In this document: positions 52,161-61,275 of the stretch, piece after piece
Position numbering within the stretch: the first letter of the stretch is position 1
Layout of the letters: every line of letters starts with the position of its first letter
Assembly: GCA_963798085.1 (NCBI GenBank)
Contig: CAWCRS010000007.1
Coordinates: 960,001 to 1,024,000, forward strand
Length of the DNA stretch: 64,000 bases
Direction: 5' to 3'
From: an uncultured Gemmatimonadales bacterium
Lineage (GTDB): Bacteria > Gemmatimonadota > Gemmatimonadetes > Longimicrobiales > RSA9
Translations under genes and position numbers: made by a program
Notes under the pieces: model-generated
Seen by the model: only the letters and a program-made list of their open reading frames with translations
Databases searched by the model: none
What the model was told of the DNA's origin: nothing

Positions 52161-54053
52161 GTGCAATACGAGCGCTTTCTCGACCTTTACATCACGGAGA
52201 GCCGCGAGCATCTCGAGCTGCTGACGCGGAGCCTGCTGCATCTGGAGCAGGGCAAGGCGGACGCGGTCGACGATGCCTTTCGCGCGGCGCACACCATCAA
52301 GGGGTTAGCCGCCGCCATGGGTCATGCCGCGGCGGCCGCCACCGCGCACGAGCTGGAAGACCGGCTGTCCGCTGTGCGCGAGAAGAAGGAACCGGTGCAC
52401 GGCGAGCTGGTCGATGCGCTGCTCGCGGGACTGGACCGGCTCGAGCACGCCATTGAGAAGGCGGTCAGCGAACAGGGCGCGGCAGGCCTTGCGCTGGAAC
52501 GGATCGAAGGCGACGACGCCGCGTCCGGTGCGGCACACGGTGCAACCATGCCGGCGGGTGCCGCGGCTGCGACGGGGAACCCGCCTGGCGGGATTCCCGG
52601 ACCGGTTGTCACACCGGCGCCGCCGGGTACGCGCACGGTAGCTGTCGTTCACCTCGTGCCTGACGCGGCCCTGCCCGAAGCCAGGGTGCAGCTGATCCGG
52701 CGTGCGCTGCAGCGCGCGGGGGCATTGCTCGACTCCTCACCGGACATCGGCGAGCGCTACGGCGGCGAGCTGCGACTCTACCTGAACGCGGTAGCGGACG
52801 CGGCAACCGTGGAAGCGGCGATCCGTGCCTGCGGCGAAGTGGCGGACGTGCGCTTCGAGAAGCCACCACGGAGTGGTTCGAACGGGATTGGCGAAGCATC
52901 CTCAGCAACCGCAGCGAAGTTACCGGACGGAGGCGGCAGACCGGCTGCGACGCAAAGCCGCACGGTGCGCGTCGACCGCGCACGACTGGACGAGCTGGCC
53001 GAGGGTATCGCCGAGCTTTCCGTGCTGCAGGCGAGAGCGGCGCAGACGTCCATTGGCCTGGGCAGCGATCGCGCGTCCACCGTGCTCTCCGCGTTGCAGC
53101 GCACCGTGCTCGACATGCGCATGGTGCCGGTGTCCACTGCATTCGAGCGTTTCGGCAGGCTGGTGCGGGACACGGCGCGCGCGACCGGCAAGGATGTGGA
53201 CTTCACGCTGCAGGGCGGCGAGATCGAGCTGGATCAGGCCGTGCTCGACGCGCTCGTGGATCCACTGGTGCACGTGGTACGCAACGCCGTGGACCACGGC
53301 ATCGAGCCGGCGGCGGTACGTGAGCGCGCGGGCAAGGCGGGGCGGGGCAGCGTGCGCATCGAAGCGGAGCGCGAGCGCAACAGCGTGCGCATCCGCGTGA
53401 GTGATGACGGCCGCGGTGTTTCGCGCGATGTCGTCGCCGCACGCGGTCGCGCCATGGGTCTGCTGCCGGAGGATGCGAGTGAGCTTTCGGACGACGAAAT
53501 CCTGCGTCTGCTGTTCCACCCGGGCTTCTCCACCGCGGAGACGGTGACCGAGCTGTCCGGTCGCGGTGTGGGCCTCAATGTGGTGGCCGGCCGCATCCGC
53601 AGCCTGGGCGGCGCCATCGAATTGAGCACGGCTGCGGGCACGGGTACCACCTTCACGCTGCGCGTTCCCGTGACACTCGCGCTGACGCACGCGCTGCGCA
53701 TCCGGCTGGGCGAGGAAGAGTACGCGCTGCCCATCACGCACGTGAGCGAGGTGATCCCGCTGGAGGGTGATGCGCGCAGTGAGCGCGGCGGTGTGCGCGT
53801 GCGCGGCGATGTGGTGCCGCTCGTCGAGCTGGGGCGTGTTCTGGGCGCGCGCGGCGGCGAGCCCAGCGCGGCCATTGTTGCCGAGCTGGGCGGCAGACGC
53901 GTCGCGCTGGCGGTGGATCGCGTGCTGGGCCACGAACAGATACTGGTGAAGACATTCAATGCGCCGGTGGACACGCTGCCCGTCTTTTCGGGCGCGACCC
54001 TCCTGCCCGATGGGCGGCCGGCTTTGCTGATCGACCCGCTCAGCGTAGTCTGA
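52161..54053 (+). CDS. cheA: Chemotaxis histidine kinase CheA
   Basis: HPt FRAAHTIKG; VRVD..RLD; RMVP; HVVRNAVDHGIE; DDGRG; GFSTA...SGRGVG; C-terminal CheW-like domain. Confidence 0.95.
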   Translation: MQYERFLDLYITESREHLELLTRSLLHLEQGKADAVDDAFRAAHTIKGLAAAMGHAAAAATAHELEDRLSAVREKKEPVHGELVDALLAGLDRLEHAIEKAVSEQGAAGLALERIEGDDAASGAAHGATMPAGAAAATGNPPGGIPGPVVTPAPPGTRTVAVVHLVPDAALPEARVQLIRRALQRAGALLDSSPDIGERYGGELRLYLNAVADAATVEAAIRACGEVADVRFEKPPRSGSNGIGEASSATAAKLPDGGGRPAATQSRTVRVDRARLDELAEGIAELSVLQARAAQTSIGLGSDRASTVLSALQRTVLDMRMVPVSTAFERFGRLVRDTARATGKDVDFTLQGGEIELDQAVLDALVDPLVHVVRNAVDHGIEPAAVRERAGKAGRGSVRIEAERERNSVRIRVSDDGRGVSRDVVAARGRAMGLLPEDASELSDDEILRLLFHPGFSTAETVTELSGRGVGLNVVAGRIRSLGGAIELSTAAGTGTTFTLRVPVTLALTHALRIRLGEEEYALPITHVSEVIPLEGDARSERGGVRVRGDVVPLVELGRVLGARGGEPSAAIVAELGGRRVALAVDRVLGHEQILVKTFNAPVDTLPVFSGATLLPDGRPALLIDPLSVV

Positions 54054-54056
54054 GTC

Positions 54057-54674
54057 ATGGATCCGAGATCGCTCGACGAGCTGCACCTCGACGCACTGCG
54101 TGAGACCGCGAACATTGGCGCGGGTCACGCCGCCACCGCGCTGTCCCGGCTCACCGGGCGGCGCGTCATGGTCAGCGTGCCCGAGGTGAGCATCCTGCCG
54201 CTGGAACAGGTGGGCGGCATGCTGGGCGATCCGGGCGAAGTCGTGTCCGCGGTGATCGTGACTGTGGAAGGCGACGCGACGGGTCGCACACTGCAGATCT
54301 TTCAGGGCGCCACCGCGGCCAAGCTGGTTTCGATGCTGCTCAACATGCGCGAGCCGGTGTTCCCGGACGGCTTCGGTGTACTCGAGCGGTCCGCCGTGAA
54401 AGAGATCGGCAACGTCATCGTGGGCGCGTACCTCAACGCGCTCGCCGACTTCACCGGCATGACGCTGTCAATGTCGGTGCCCGCTTTCGCGATCGACATG
54501 GCGGCGGCGATCCTGATGACGAGCTACCTGAACTTCGGCAGCGAAGATGATTTCGTGCTGTCGATCGGGACTCGCCTGGTAGTGGATGGCAGTGAAGAGC
54601 TGCGCGCGCATTTCCTGCTGATTCCGGACGACGATTCACTCAACCGGATCCTGCGATCGTTGCGCGTGGTGTGA
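54057..54674 (+). CDS. cheC: CheC-family phosphatase
   Basis: Two E..N motifs: DALRETANIGAGHAATALS and SAVKEIGNV. Confidence 0.92.
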   Translation: MDPRSLDELHLDALRETANIGAGHAATALSRLTGRRVMVSVPEVSILPLEQVGGMLGDPGEVVSAVIVTVEGDATGRTLQIFQGATAAKLVSMLLNMREPVFPDGFGVLERSAVKEIGNVIVGAYLNALADFTGMTLSMSVPAFAIDMAAAILMTSYLNFGSEDDFVLSIGTRLVVDGSEELRAHFLLIPDDDSLNRILRSLRVV

Positions 54675-57385
54675 CGGTGGAGGCGGCGCTGGCCGATTCG
54701 AACCTCTTCCTTCCCTGGACAGATCGACCGGGTCCGCAGGCGGGCGCGCCGCGATCGGATCGCGATGTCACGATTCTGCGCGGGCTGGCGCGTCGCATTC
54801 CCGCGAATGATGCGGGCGCGCACAACAACCTGGGCGTGGTCTTCTTCCAGAAAGGCATGCACGCGGATGCCGCGGAGCAGTTCGAGCGCGCGCTCGAGCT
54901 GGATCCGCGCATGCAGGTCGCAGAGCGCAACCTGCAGATCGTGTATTTCGGCACCGACTACTACGACCGCACACTCGAACAGCTGAACCAGCGACTGGCC
55001 GCGAACGCAGACGACGCGGCCGCGCGCAGCCAGCTGGCCCGCACATACCTGTTCGGCGGCGACGCGCGCGCGGCGCTCCGCGAGTGGCAGCGACTGGTGA
55101 CGGAGCGACCGGGCGACCCGGAGGCCGAAGCGTGGATCGCGCGCGCGGAGGTACGCCGCGGCGATCTCGACGGCGCCGTCCAGGTGCTCGCGCGCGCCGC
55201 GGAGAAACACCCGGACAATGCGCGTCTCGCTCTGCAAATGGGAGAGATCCTGTACCTGCGCGGCATGGCGGCGGAAGCATCGCGCTGGCTGGAGCGCTGC
55301 CTGGCGCTGGACGAGAATCATGCGGAAGCGCATCACCTCATCGCATTCGTCTACGGCGAGCTGGGCCATGCGGCACGCGCGCAGGAGCACGCGGCGCGCG
55401 CCGCCGCGCTGAATCCGAGCTTCGCGAAGGCGGACCGCAGTCTCTCACTGGATCGCTACAACGAGGCGAGGTACAGCGAGCTGACCGGGGATCGCGGCAA
55501 GCCCGTCGTTACCGAAGGCGGTGGCCTGGTCCATTACAACATGGGACTCGCCCTGCGCCAGAAGGCACTGTACGAGGAAGCGCTGAAGGAATTCAAGCTG
55601 GCGGATGAGCGAGGCGAGGATCGCTACCTCGTGATGCAGGCGCAGGCCGAGATGATGCTGCTGCTCGGCAACGGTGGACAGGCGGCGTCGCTTTACACGG
55701 AATTGATCGAGGAGGAGCCCGCCAGCCCGAAGCTCTGGAACGAGCTGGGTGTGGCGCAGCATCAGCTGGGCCGGCTGGCGGATGCCGAGGCATCGTATGC
55801 GCGCGCCATCGGACTCGATCCGAAATACACGCTGGCGTGGAACAACCTGGGTGTGGTGCGACACCATCGCACGCAGGAAGGCAGTGAAGAAGCGCTCGAG
55901 TCTGCGCTCGCGGCGGGACGCTCACTGGCCGAGATCTGGCGCAACCTCGGCTGGCTGCACCACCTGCGAAAGGACTGGGTCGGCGCGGAGCACGCCTATC
56001 GGCAGGCCCTGGACGTGGACACGCGACTGGCCACCGCATGGACGGGTCTCGGCATGCTGTTCCTTGAGCGCGGCCGAGCCGAGCCGGCGAGCACCGCGCT
56101 GGCCCGCGCGGTCGAGTGTGATCCCAACCTGCCGGAAGCGCATTATCACTACGCTTTCGCTCTGTCGGCGAGCGGAGATTATCCTGCAGCATTGCGTGAG
56201 ACGAGTCGCGCACTCGAACTGAACCCGTACATCACACTGCCGCGCTTCCGACTGCTGATCGACCTGCAGTTCGAGGATGCCGCCGTGACCGCGCCGGAGC
56301 TGGATGCGCCTGAACGGCTGATGGCGGGCGCGACCGTCGAGCATTTCGACTTCGAGGCGGAGGACATCAGCCTGGCGCTCGAGGCGGTCGAGCCGCGCGT
56401 GCCGGAAGCGTCGAAGGCCGAGCCCGAGCTGTCACTGCCCTCGAAGCCGGCATCGATCGAATGGCTGGCGGCGGCGAGAGCCTCGCTGCACAGCGGCCAC
56501 TATGCGGAGGCCATGGCGGATGTGCAGCGCGCGGTGGCGTTGGGCGCGAACCGCATCGAGGCGCAGCTGCTCCAGGGCGAAATCCACCTGCTGAGCGGCG
56601 CGGCGGGCGAGGCGGTGGACCGGTTCGACGAAGTGCTGCACGAGCTGCAATGGTCGGTCCCGCAGGCATGGCTGGACGAGAAGGACATTCGCGTGCGCGC
56701 CCTGGCAGGCATGGCCAGGTCGCTGCTCGATCTGGAACGCGCGCCCGAGGCGGTGGATTTCGCGCGCAAGGCACGGGAGCTGGCGCCATCGGCCGAAACT
56801 GCATCATTGGAGGCCGATGCGCTGCTTTCGGTGGGCGTGCCCCTGGAAGCAGCCGGCGTGCTGGAACGGGCACTGGCAGAGAATCCGGAAAACGTGGAGC
56901 TGCGCACGCGACTGGGCGCGGCCTGGCTGCAGGCGGGTGATGTAGCGAGAGCGGAGCCCATGCTGCGCGGCGCATTGGAGCGGGAGAGCGAGCTGCCGGC
57001 GGCGCGCGCCACGCTGGGCAGGCTGCTGGCGATCGAGGGGCGCAGCACCGACGCGGAACAGGAGTACCGCGCGGCGCTGCACGTGATACCGAGCTTCACG
57101 GACGCGGCCATTGGCCTGGCCGATCTCCTGGCCGAGCAAGGACGGCTCGATGAGGCGATCAATGTGCTGGCGACATTCCTCGAGGCGGACCCCTACAGCT
57201 TCTTCGGTCTGGTGCGCCTGGGTGACGTGCTCTGGCGCGCCGGCCGCGAGATCGAAGCGGGGTTCGCCTACCGGCGCATCCTGCACTTCGACCCCGGCCA
57301 CGAGGAGGCACGCGAAGGACTGGAGCGGCTGGAACCGCACGAGGAAGACGTCGATGCATCCTGGACTGTCGTGTTAGCGGAGTAA
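54671..57385 (+). CDS. Large cytoplasmic multi-TPR protein
   Basis: Many TPR-like repeats (AHNNLGVVF, WNELGV, AWNNLGVV, AWTGLG); no signal peptide; GTGA overlap with cheC. Confidence 0.9.
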   Translation: MTVEAALADSNLFLPWTDRPGPQAGAPRSDRDVTILRGLARRIPANDAGAHNNLGVVFFQKGMHADAAEQFERALELDPRMQVAERNLQIVYFGTDYYDRTLEQLNQRLAANADDAAARSQLARTYLFGGDARAALREWQRLVTERPGDPEAEAWIARAEVRRGDLDGAVQVLARAAEKHPDNARLALQMGEILYLRGMAAEASRWLERCLALDENHAEAHHLIAFVYGELGHAARAQEHAARAAALNPSFAKADRSLSLDRYNEARYSELTGDRGKPVVTEGGGLVHYNMGLALRQKALYEEALKEFKLADERGEDRYLVMQAQAEMMLLLGNGGQAASLYTELIEEEPASPKLWNELGVAQHQLGRLADAEASYARAIGLDPKYTLAWNNLGVVRHHRTQEGSEEALESALAAGRSLAEIWRNLGWLHHLRKDWVGAEHAYRQALDVDTRLATAWTGLGMLFLERGRAEPASTALARAVECDPNLPEAHYHYAFALSASGDYPAALRETSRALELNPYITLPRFRLLIDLQFEDAAVTAPELDAPERLMAGATVEHFDFEAEDISLALEAVEPRVPEASKAEPELSLPSKPASIEWLAAARASLHSGHYAEAMADVQRAVALGANRIEAQLLQGEIHLLSGAAGEAVDRFDEVLHELQWSVPQAWLDEKDIRVRALAGMARSLLDLERAPEAVDFARKARELAPSAETASLEADALLSVGVPLEAAGVLERALAENPENVELRTRLGAAWLQAGDVARAEPMLRGALERESELPAARATLGRLLAIEGRSTDAEQEYRAALHVIPSFTDAAIGLADLLAEQGRLDEAINVLATFLEADPYSFFGLVRLGDVLWRAGREIEAGFAYRRILHFDPGHEEAREGLERLEPHEEDVDASWTVVLAE

Positions 57386-57388
57386 TTC

Positions 57389-58519
57389 ATGGCGATCGAG
57401 GGACCGCTCCGCGAACTGGGCATTCAGGATGTGCTGCAGCTGCTCGAGCTGGCGCAGAAGACCGGTGTGCTCACGGTGCGCAGCGAGCGGCTCAATGATG
57501 AAGCCATCGTGCACTTCAGCCGCGGCGAGATCGTGTTCGCGGTGCGCCGCCGCTCGACTCGCCGGCTGGGCCAGCTGCTGATCCGCGCGGGTAAACTGAC
57601 GCGCGGTGATCTCGACCGCGCCCTCGAGAAGCAGCGCTCCGATCCCACCAAGCGCCTTGCCGAGATCTTCGTGGACATGGGCCTGGTCAGCGAAGAAGAG
57701 CTGGCGAGGCAGCTGCGCTTCCAGATGGAAGAGACCGTCTACGAGCTGATGTCGTGGGAAGAGGGCTACTTCAAGTTCGAGGAGCGTGCAGAAATCGCCG
57801 GCCAGCGACTGCTGGCGAGAGTGCGTGTGGACTCGCTCCTCATGGAGGGTGCCCGCCGGCTGGACGAATGGTCGCGGCTCGAGTCGAAGGTACCGACGCC
57901 AGAAGCGATTCCCTCGCTGGCCCCCGCATCGGAGCGCGACGTCACGCCGCTCGACCTGTCGCCGGAAGAATGGGAAGTGCTGGCGGAGATCGATGGCGAA
58001 CGCGATGTGCGTCAGATTGCGGCCGACCTGGGACGCAGTGCGTTCGATGTGGGCAAGACGCTGTACGGTCTGGTCGCGGCCGGCATTGCGCAGGTCCAGA
58101 TCCGGCACACGCGCATGCCGGAGGAACAACTCCGCCGCTCCATCATTGAAGTGCACGATCTGCTGTCGGCGGGCCAGATCGAGCGCGCACGCAAACTCGC
58201 GGCTGACCTGGAATCGGCGCATCCCGATCGCGCGGATCTCGCCGTCCTGAGCGGACGCGTACTGGCCGCGCAGGGCCGCCTGCGCGCGGCGGCGGAAGCG
58301 CTCACTCGCGCCGTGACACTGGACCCGCTGTCCTCCGAAGCTCACTATGAGCTTGGTTTCTGTGCCGCGAAAACCGGCGACTTCGAGCGCGCTGTGAGGG
58401 CGTGGGAGACATTCGTGCGTTTGTCCCCCGCCGGCGAAGAGCGACAGAACGCCTCCAACGGGCTCGCGGCGGCACGCACGTTATCGCAGATCCTCGACAG
58501 GACGTCGAAACGGACATGA
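57389..58519 (+). CDS. DUF4388 (PatA-N-like) protein with MshEN motif, wHTH-like segment and TPRs
   Basis: G.L......DVLQLL....KTGVL; RLGQLLIRAGKL....LDRALEKQ; W.EG.F.F; LLMEGARRLDEW; C-terminal TPRs. Confidence 0.85.
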   Translation: MAIEGPLRELGIQDVLQLLELAQKTGVLTVRSERLNDEAIVHFSRGEIVFAVRRRSTRRLGQLLIRAGKLTRGDLDRALEKQRSDPTKRLAEIFVDMGLVSEEELARQLRFQMEETVYELMSWEEGYFKFEERAEIAGQRLLARVRVDSLLMEGARRLDEWSRLESKVPTPEAIPSLAPASERDVTPLDLSPEEWEVLAEIDGERDVRQIAADLGRSAFDVGKTLYGLVAAGIAQVQIRHTRMPEEQLRRSIIEVHDLLSAGQIERARKLAADLESAHPDRADLAVLSGRVLAAQGRLRAAAEALTRAVTLDPLSSEAHYELGFCAAKTGDFERAVRAWETFVRLSPAGEERQNASNGLAAARTLSQILDRTSKRT

Positions 58520-59794
58520 AGACACCGGCCCCGGCAGACCTGCATCGCTGGAGCGAAGAGCTGGCGAGGAATCCGACGTCGCTCGCGTTCCTGCCGCTCG
58601 CGCGCGCCTATCGACGTCTGGGGCGCCGCGATCTCGCGCTGCAGCTCTGCCTGCGCGGGCTCGAACATCACCCCGCGCACGTCGAAGCACACGCACTGCT
58701 GGCGCTGCTGTACTTCGAGTCCGGCGAGCGCGCCCGGGCAGCGGACGAATGGGCCACCGTGCTGCGCCTCAAGCCCGGCAACTTCGAAGCGCTGCGCGGC
58801 ATGGGCTTCCGCTATCTCGAGCAGGGCGACATGGCGAGGGCGAGGCAGCACCTCGAGCGCGCGGGCTTGATCCGCCCCGATGATGCGACCGTGCAGGAAG
58901 CCTTGCGCCTGATCCGCCACCGCGAATCCAGCACCATTTCCGGCACGCGGCCCGCCGCCTCGCCCGGCGGCCCGACGAGTGCGCCGGCAGCGCCACGAGC
59001 GGCGTCGCCTGCACCCGGACCGACTGCGCCGGCACCCGCAGCGGCCGCGCAGAGCAGTGCGCCCCCCGCCGCTGCGGCGCCAGCGTCGAGACCACCCTCG
59101 CCAGCGGCGAGCCGGCCAGCTGGCGCGCCCCCGGCCCCGCCGCGCGCCGCGGCGCCGGCCGCCACCACCTCCTCGAGGCCGACACAGCCGGCGACCAGGC
59201 CAGAGTCCCGCAGCGCCAGCCCGCCCAGGCCGGGCGTGATTGCGCCCAAGCCGGCGGCAGGCATCCCGGCTGCGGCCACGGCCGGCTGTACCGTCGTCAC
59301 CGGCGCCTGCGCCGACGCCAGCGCAGGCCGCGGCTGGCCCACCGACCCCGAAGCGAGCGCCGCAGGCCGCTCCGCGACCGGTCGAGCCGAAGCGGATGGA
59401 GCCGGCGCGCGAGCTGGTGGCGCCACCGGATCCGGAGCGCGTGTTCGAGTCTCTGTCAGGGGCGACGCCGCTGCTCGGTGTTCTGCTGCTCGACCGCCGC
59501 GGCCTCGTGCTCGCAGGCGGACTGCGCAGTGCCGCCGCAGGTGCGGCCGAAGACCTCGGCGCGATCCTGGGCGGCGCGATTGACGAAGCGGTGCGCACGG
59601 TACTGCACCTCGAGCTGGGCGAGTGGAAGGGGCTCATGCTGGATTGCGCAGAGGCTGTGCTGCATGTGGCGCCGGTGGGTGACGACGCGCTCGTCGTCAT
59701 CGCGGCGCGCAAGGACTCGCCGGCCGGCTGGACCATGCGCGCGGCCGAGCACGCGGCTGCGCTGGCCGAGCGCTTCCTGGGGGTCTACTCATGA
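58516..59794 (+). CDS. TPR - Pro/Ala linker - Roadblock/LC7 fusion; probable +1 frameshift near 59260-59285
   Basis: N-terminal TPRs and PA-rich linker in one frame; the linker continues in the next frame into a roadblock domain (GVLLLDRRGLVLA...LELGEW). Confidence 0.75.
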
Positions 59795-60156
59795 GCGACG
59801 TCTTCCGCGATGCGGTGCTGAACCTGAGTCACGTGCCGGGCGTCAGCGGTGCGCTCATTGTGGACGCGCAGGCGGGCGTGGCCGTGGTCGAAGAATTGAA
59901 AACGAACGTGTCGGGCACTGCGCTGGCCGCGCTGGCGACCGCGCTGTATGCGCGCACGGCGCAAGCCAGCGAAGCGGCGGAATACGGCAGCCTCGGTGGC
60001 CTGCAGCTGGATGCGGAGCGTGGCCGTGTGCTGATCGCGAGCGCCGGTGAGCTGCTGATTGTGGCGCTGACACAGGATGATGCGCAGCTCGGCCGTGTGC
60101 GCCTCGAGGCGCAGCGGGCGGCGCGCGCCGTGCGCGCGGAGCTGGAGAGCGGCTGA
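59791..60156 (+). CDS. Roadblock/LC7-domain protein (MglB/MglC-like)
   Basis: L..VPGVSGALIVD..G.., LAALA, G.L, L.....G, LG...L pattern. Confidence 0.85.
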   Translation: MSDVFRDAVLNLSHVPGVSGALIVDAQAGVAVVEELKTNVSGTALAALATALYARTAQASEAAEYGSLGGLQLDAERGRVLIASAGELLIVALTQDDAQLGRVRLEAQRAARAVRAELESG

Positions 60157-60650
60157 TGCGCAGCTCCGAGCTGCCCGTGCTGGTGTCCGCGCTGGGAAAG
60201 CCCATCGAGCGCTTCGTACGCGAATCGCGCGTGCGCATTGCACTGCTGATCACGGGCAGCGGTCAGGTGCTGGCGCAACACGGCTTCACCAGCAGCTACG
60301 AGATCATGAACGTCGCCTCGCTGGCTGCCGCCACGCACGCATCGTCACGCGCACTCGCCCAGCTGCTGCGCGCGGGGAACTGGCTGCACCTGCACCATCA
60401 GGGCGCGCGCCAGCAGCTTTTCCTCGCCACGCTCGATACTCCCATCGAGAAGCTGATCCTCGTCGTCATCTTCGACGCCGAGTCGTCGCTCGGGCTGGTG
60501 CAGTTCTTCTTCGGCCAGCTCGCGGAACACGTGCGTCGCATGCCCGAGCTGGCGGCCGCTACGCGCTCCGCCGATCAGCGCAGCTTCGAGCGCGACCTGG
60601 AAGCCGGACTCAGGCGCGCGTTTTCTCCGGAAACCGGCAGTGAGGCCTGA
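60156..60650 (+). CDS. mglB: MglB-like GTPase-activating Roadblock protein
   Basis: ALLI..SGQ..AQ.G, ASLAA......ALA.LL, LHHQG, IL.VIFD..SSLGLV; immediately upstream of mglA. Confidence 0.82.
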   Translation: MRSSELPVLVSALGKPIERFVRESRVRIALLITGSGQVLAQHGFTSSYEIMNVASLAAATHASSRALAQLLRAGNWLHLHHQGARQQLFLATLDTPIEKLILVVIFDAESSLGLVQFFFGQLAEHVRRMPELAAATRSADQRSFERDLEAGLRRAFSPETGSEA

Positions 60651-60651
60651 C

Positions 60652-61263
60652 GTGTCGCTGGTCAATTACTCCACGCGCGAGATCACCTGCAAGATCGTGT
60701 ACTACGGGGCGGGCCGCTCCGGCAAGACCAGCAACCTGCAATACGTGCACGCGTTCGTGCCGGAAGACCGCCGGGGCGCCATGGTGTCGCTGGCCACGGA
60801 GACGGAGCGCACGCTCTTCTTCGATTTCCTGCCACTCGATCTGGGCCTGATTTCGGGATTCCGCACACGCATTCAGCTGTACACGGTGCCGGGTCAGGTC
60901 TACTACGGCGCGACGCGGCGGCTGGTGCTGCGCGGCGCAGATGGCGTGGTGTTCGTCGTCGACTCACAGCGCGAGCGCTTCGAGGAAAACTTCGAGAGCT
61001 TCCGCGCACTGCACGAGCATCTGCTCGAGGAAGGCCTCGATCCCCGCGATTTCCCGCTGGTGCTGCAATACAACAAGCGCGATCTGCCGGGTGTCATGGG
61101 ACTCGATGAGCTGGAGGATGTCTTCAATTTTCGCGAGTTGCCATCGTTTCCCGCGGTGGCCGTGGAAGGCGAAGGTGTGTTCCCCACACTGAAGAGTGTG
61201 AGCACCCTCGTGCTCCAGGGTCTGTCGCGGCGGTTCCGCGCTCAGGGCAGTCCGTCACCCTGA
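60652..61263 (+). CDS. mglA: MglA-family small Ras-like GTPase
   Basis: NY..REI.CKIVYYG.G.SGKT, SLATETERTLFFDFLP, LYTVPGQVYY, DGVVFV.DS, NKRD. Confidence 0.95.
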   Translation: MSLVNYSTREITCKIVYYGAGRSGKTSNLQYVHAFVPEDRRGAMVSLATETERTLFFDFLPLDLGLISGFRTRIQLYTVPGQVYYGATRRLVLRGADGVVFVVDSQRERFEENFESFRALHEHLLEEGLDPRDFPLVLQYNKRDLPGVMGLDELEDVFNFRELPSFPAVAVEGEGVFPTLKSVSTLVLQGLSRRFRAQGSPSP

Positions 61264-61275
61264 CGGAAGCGGGCC

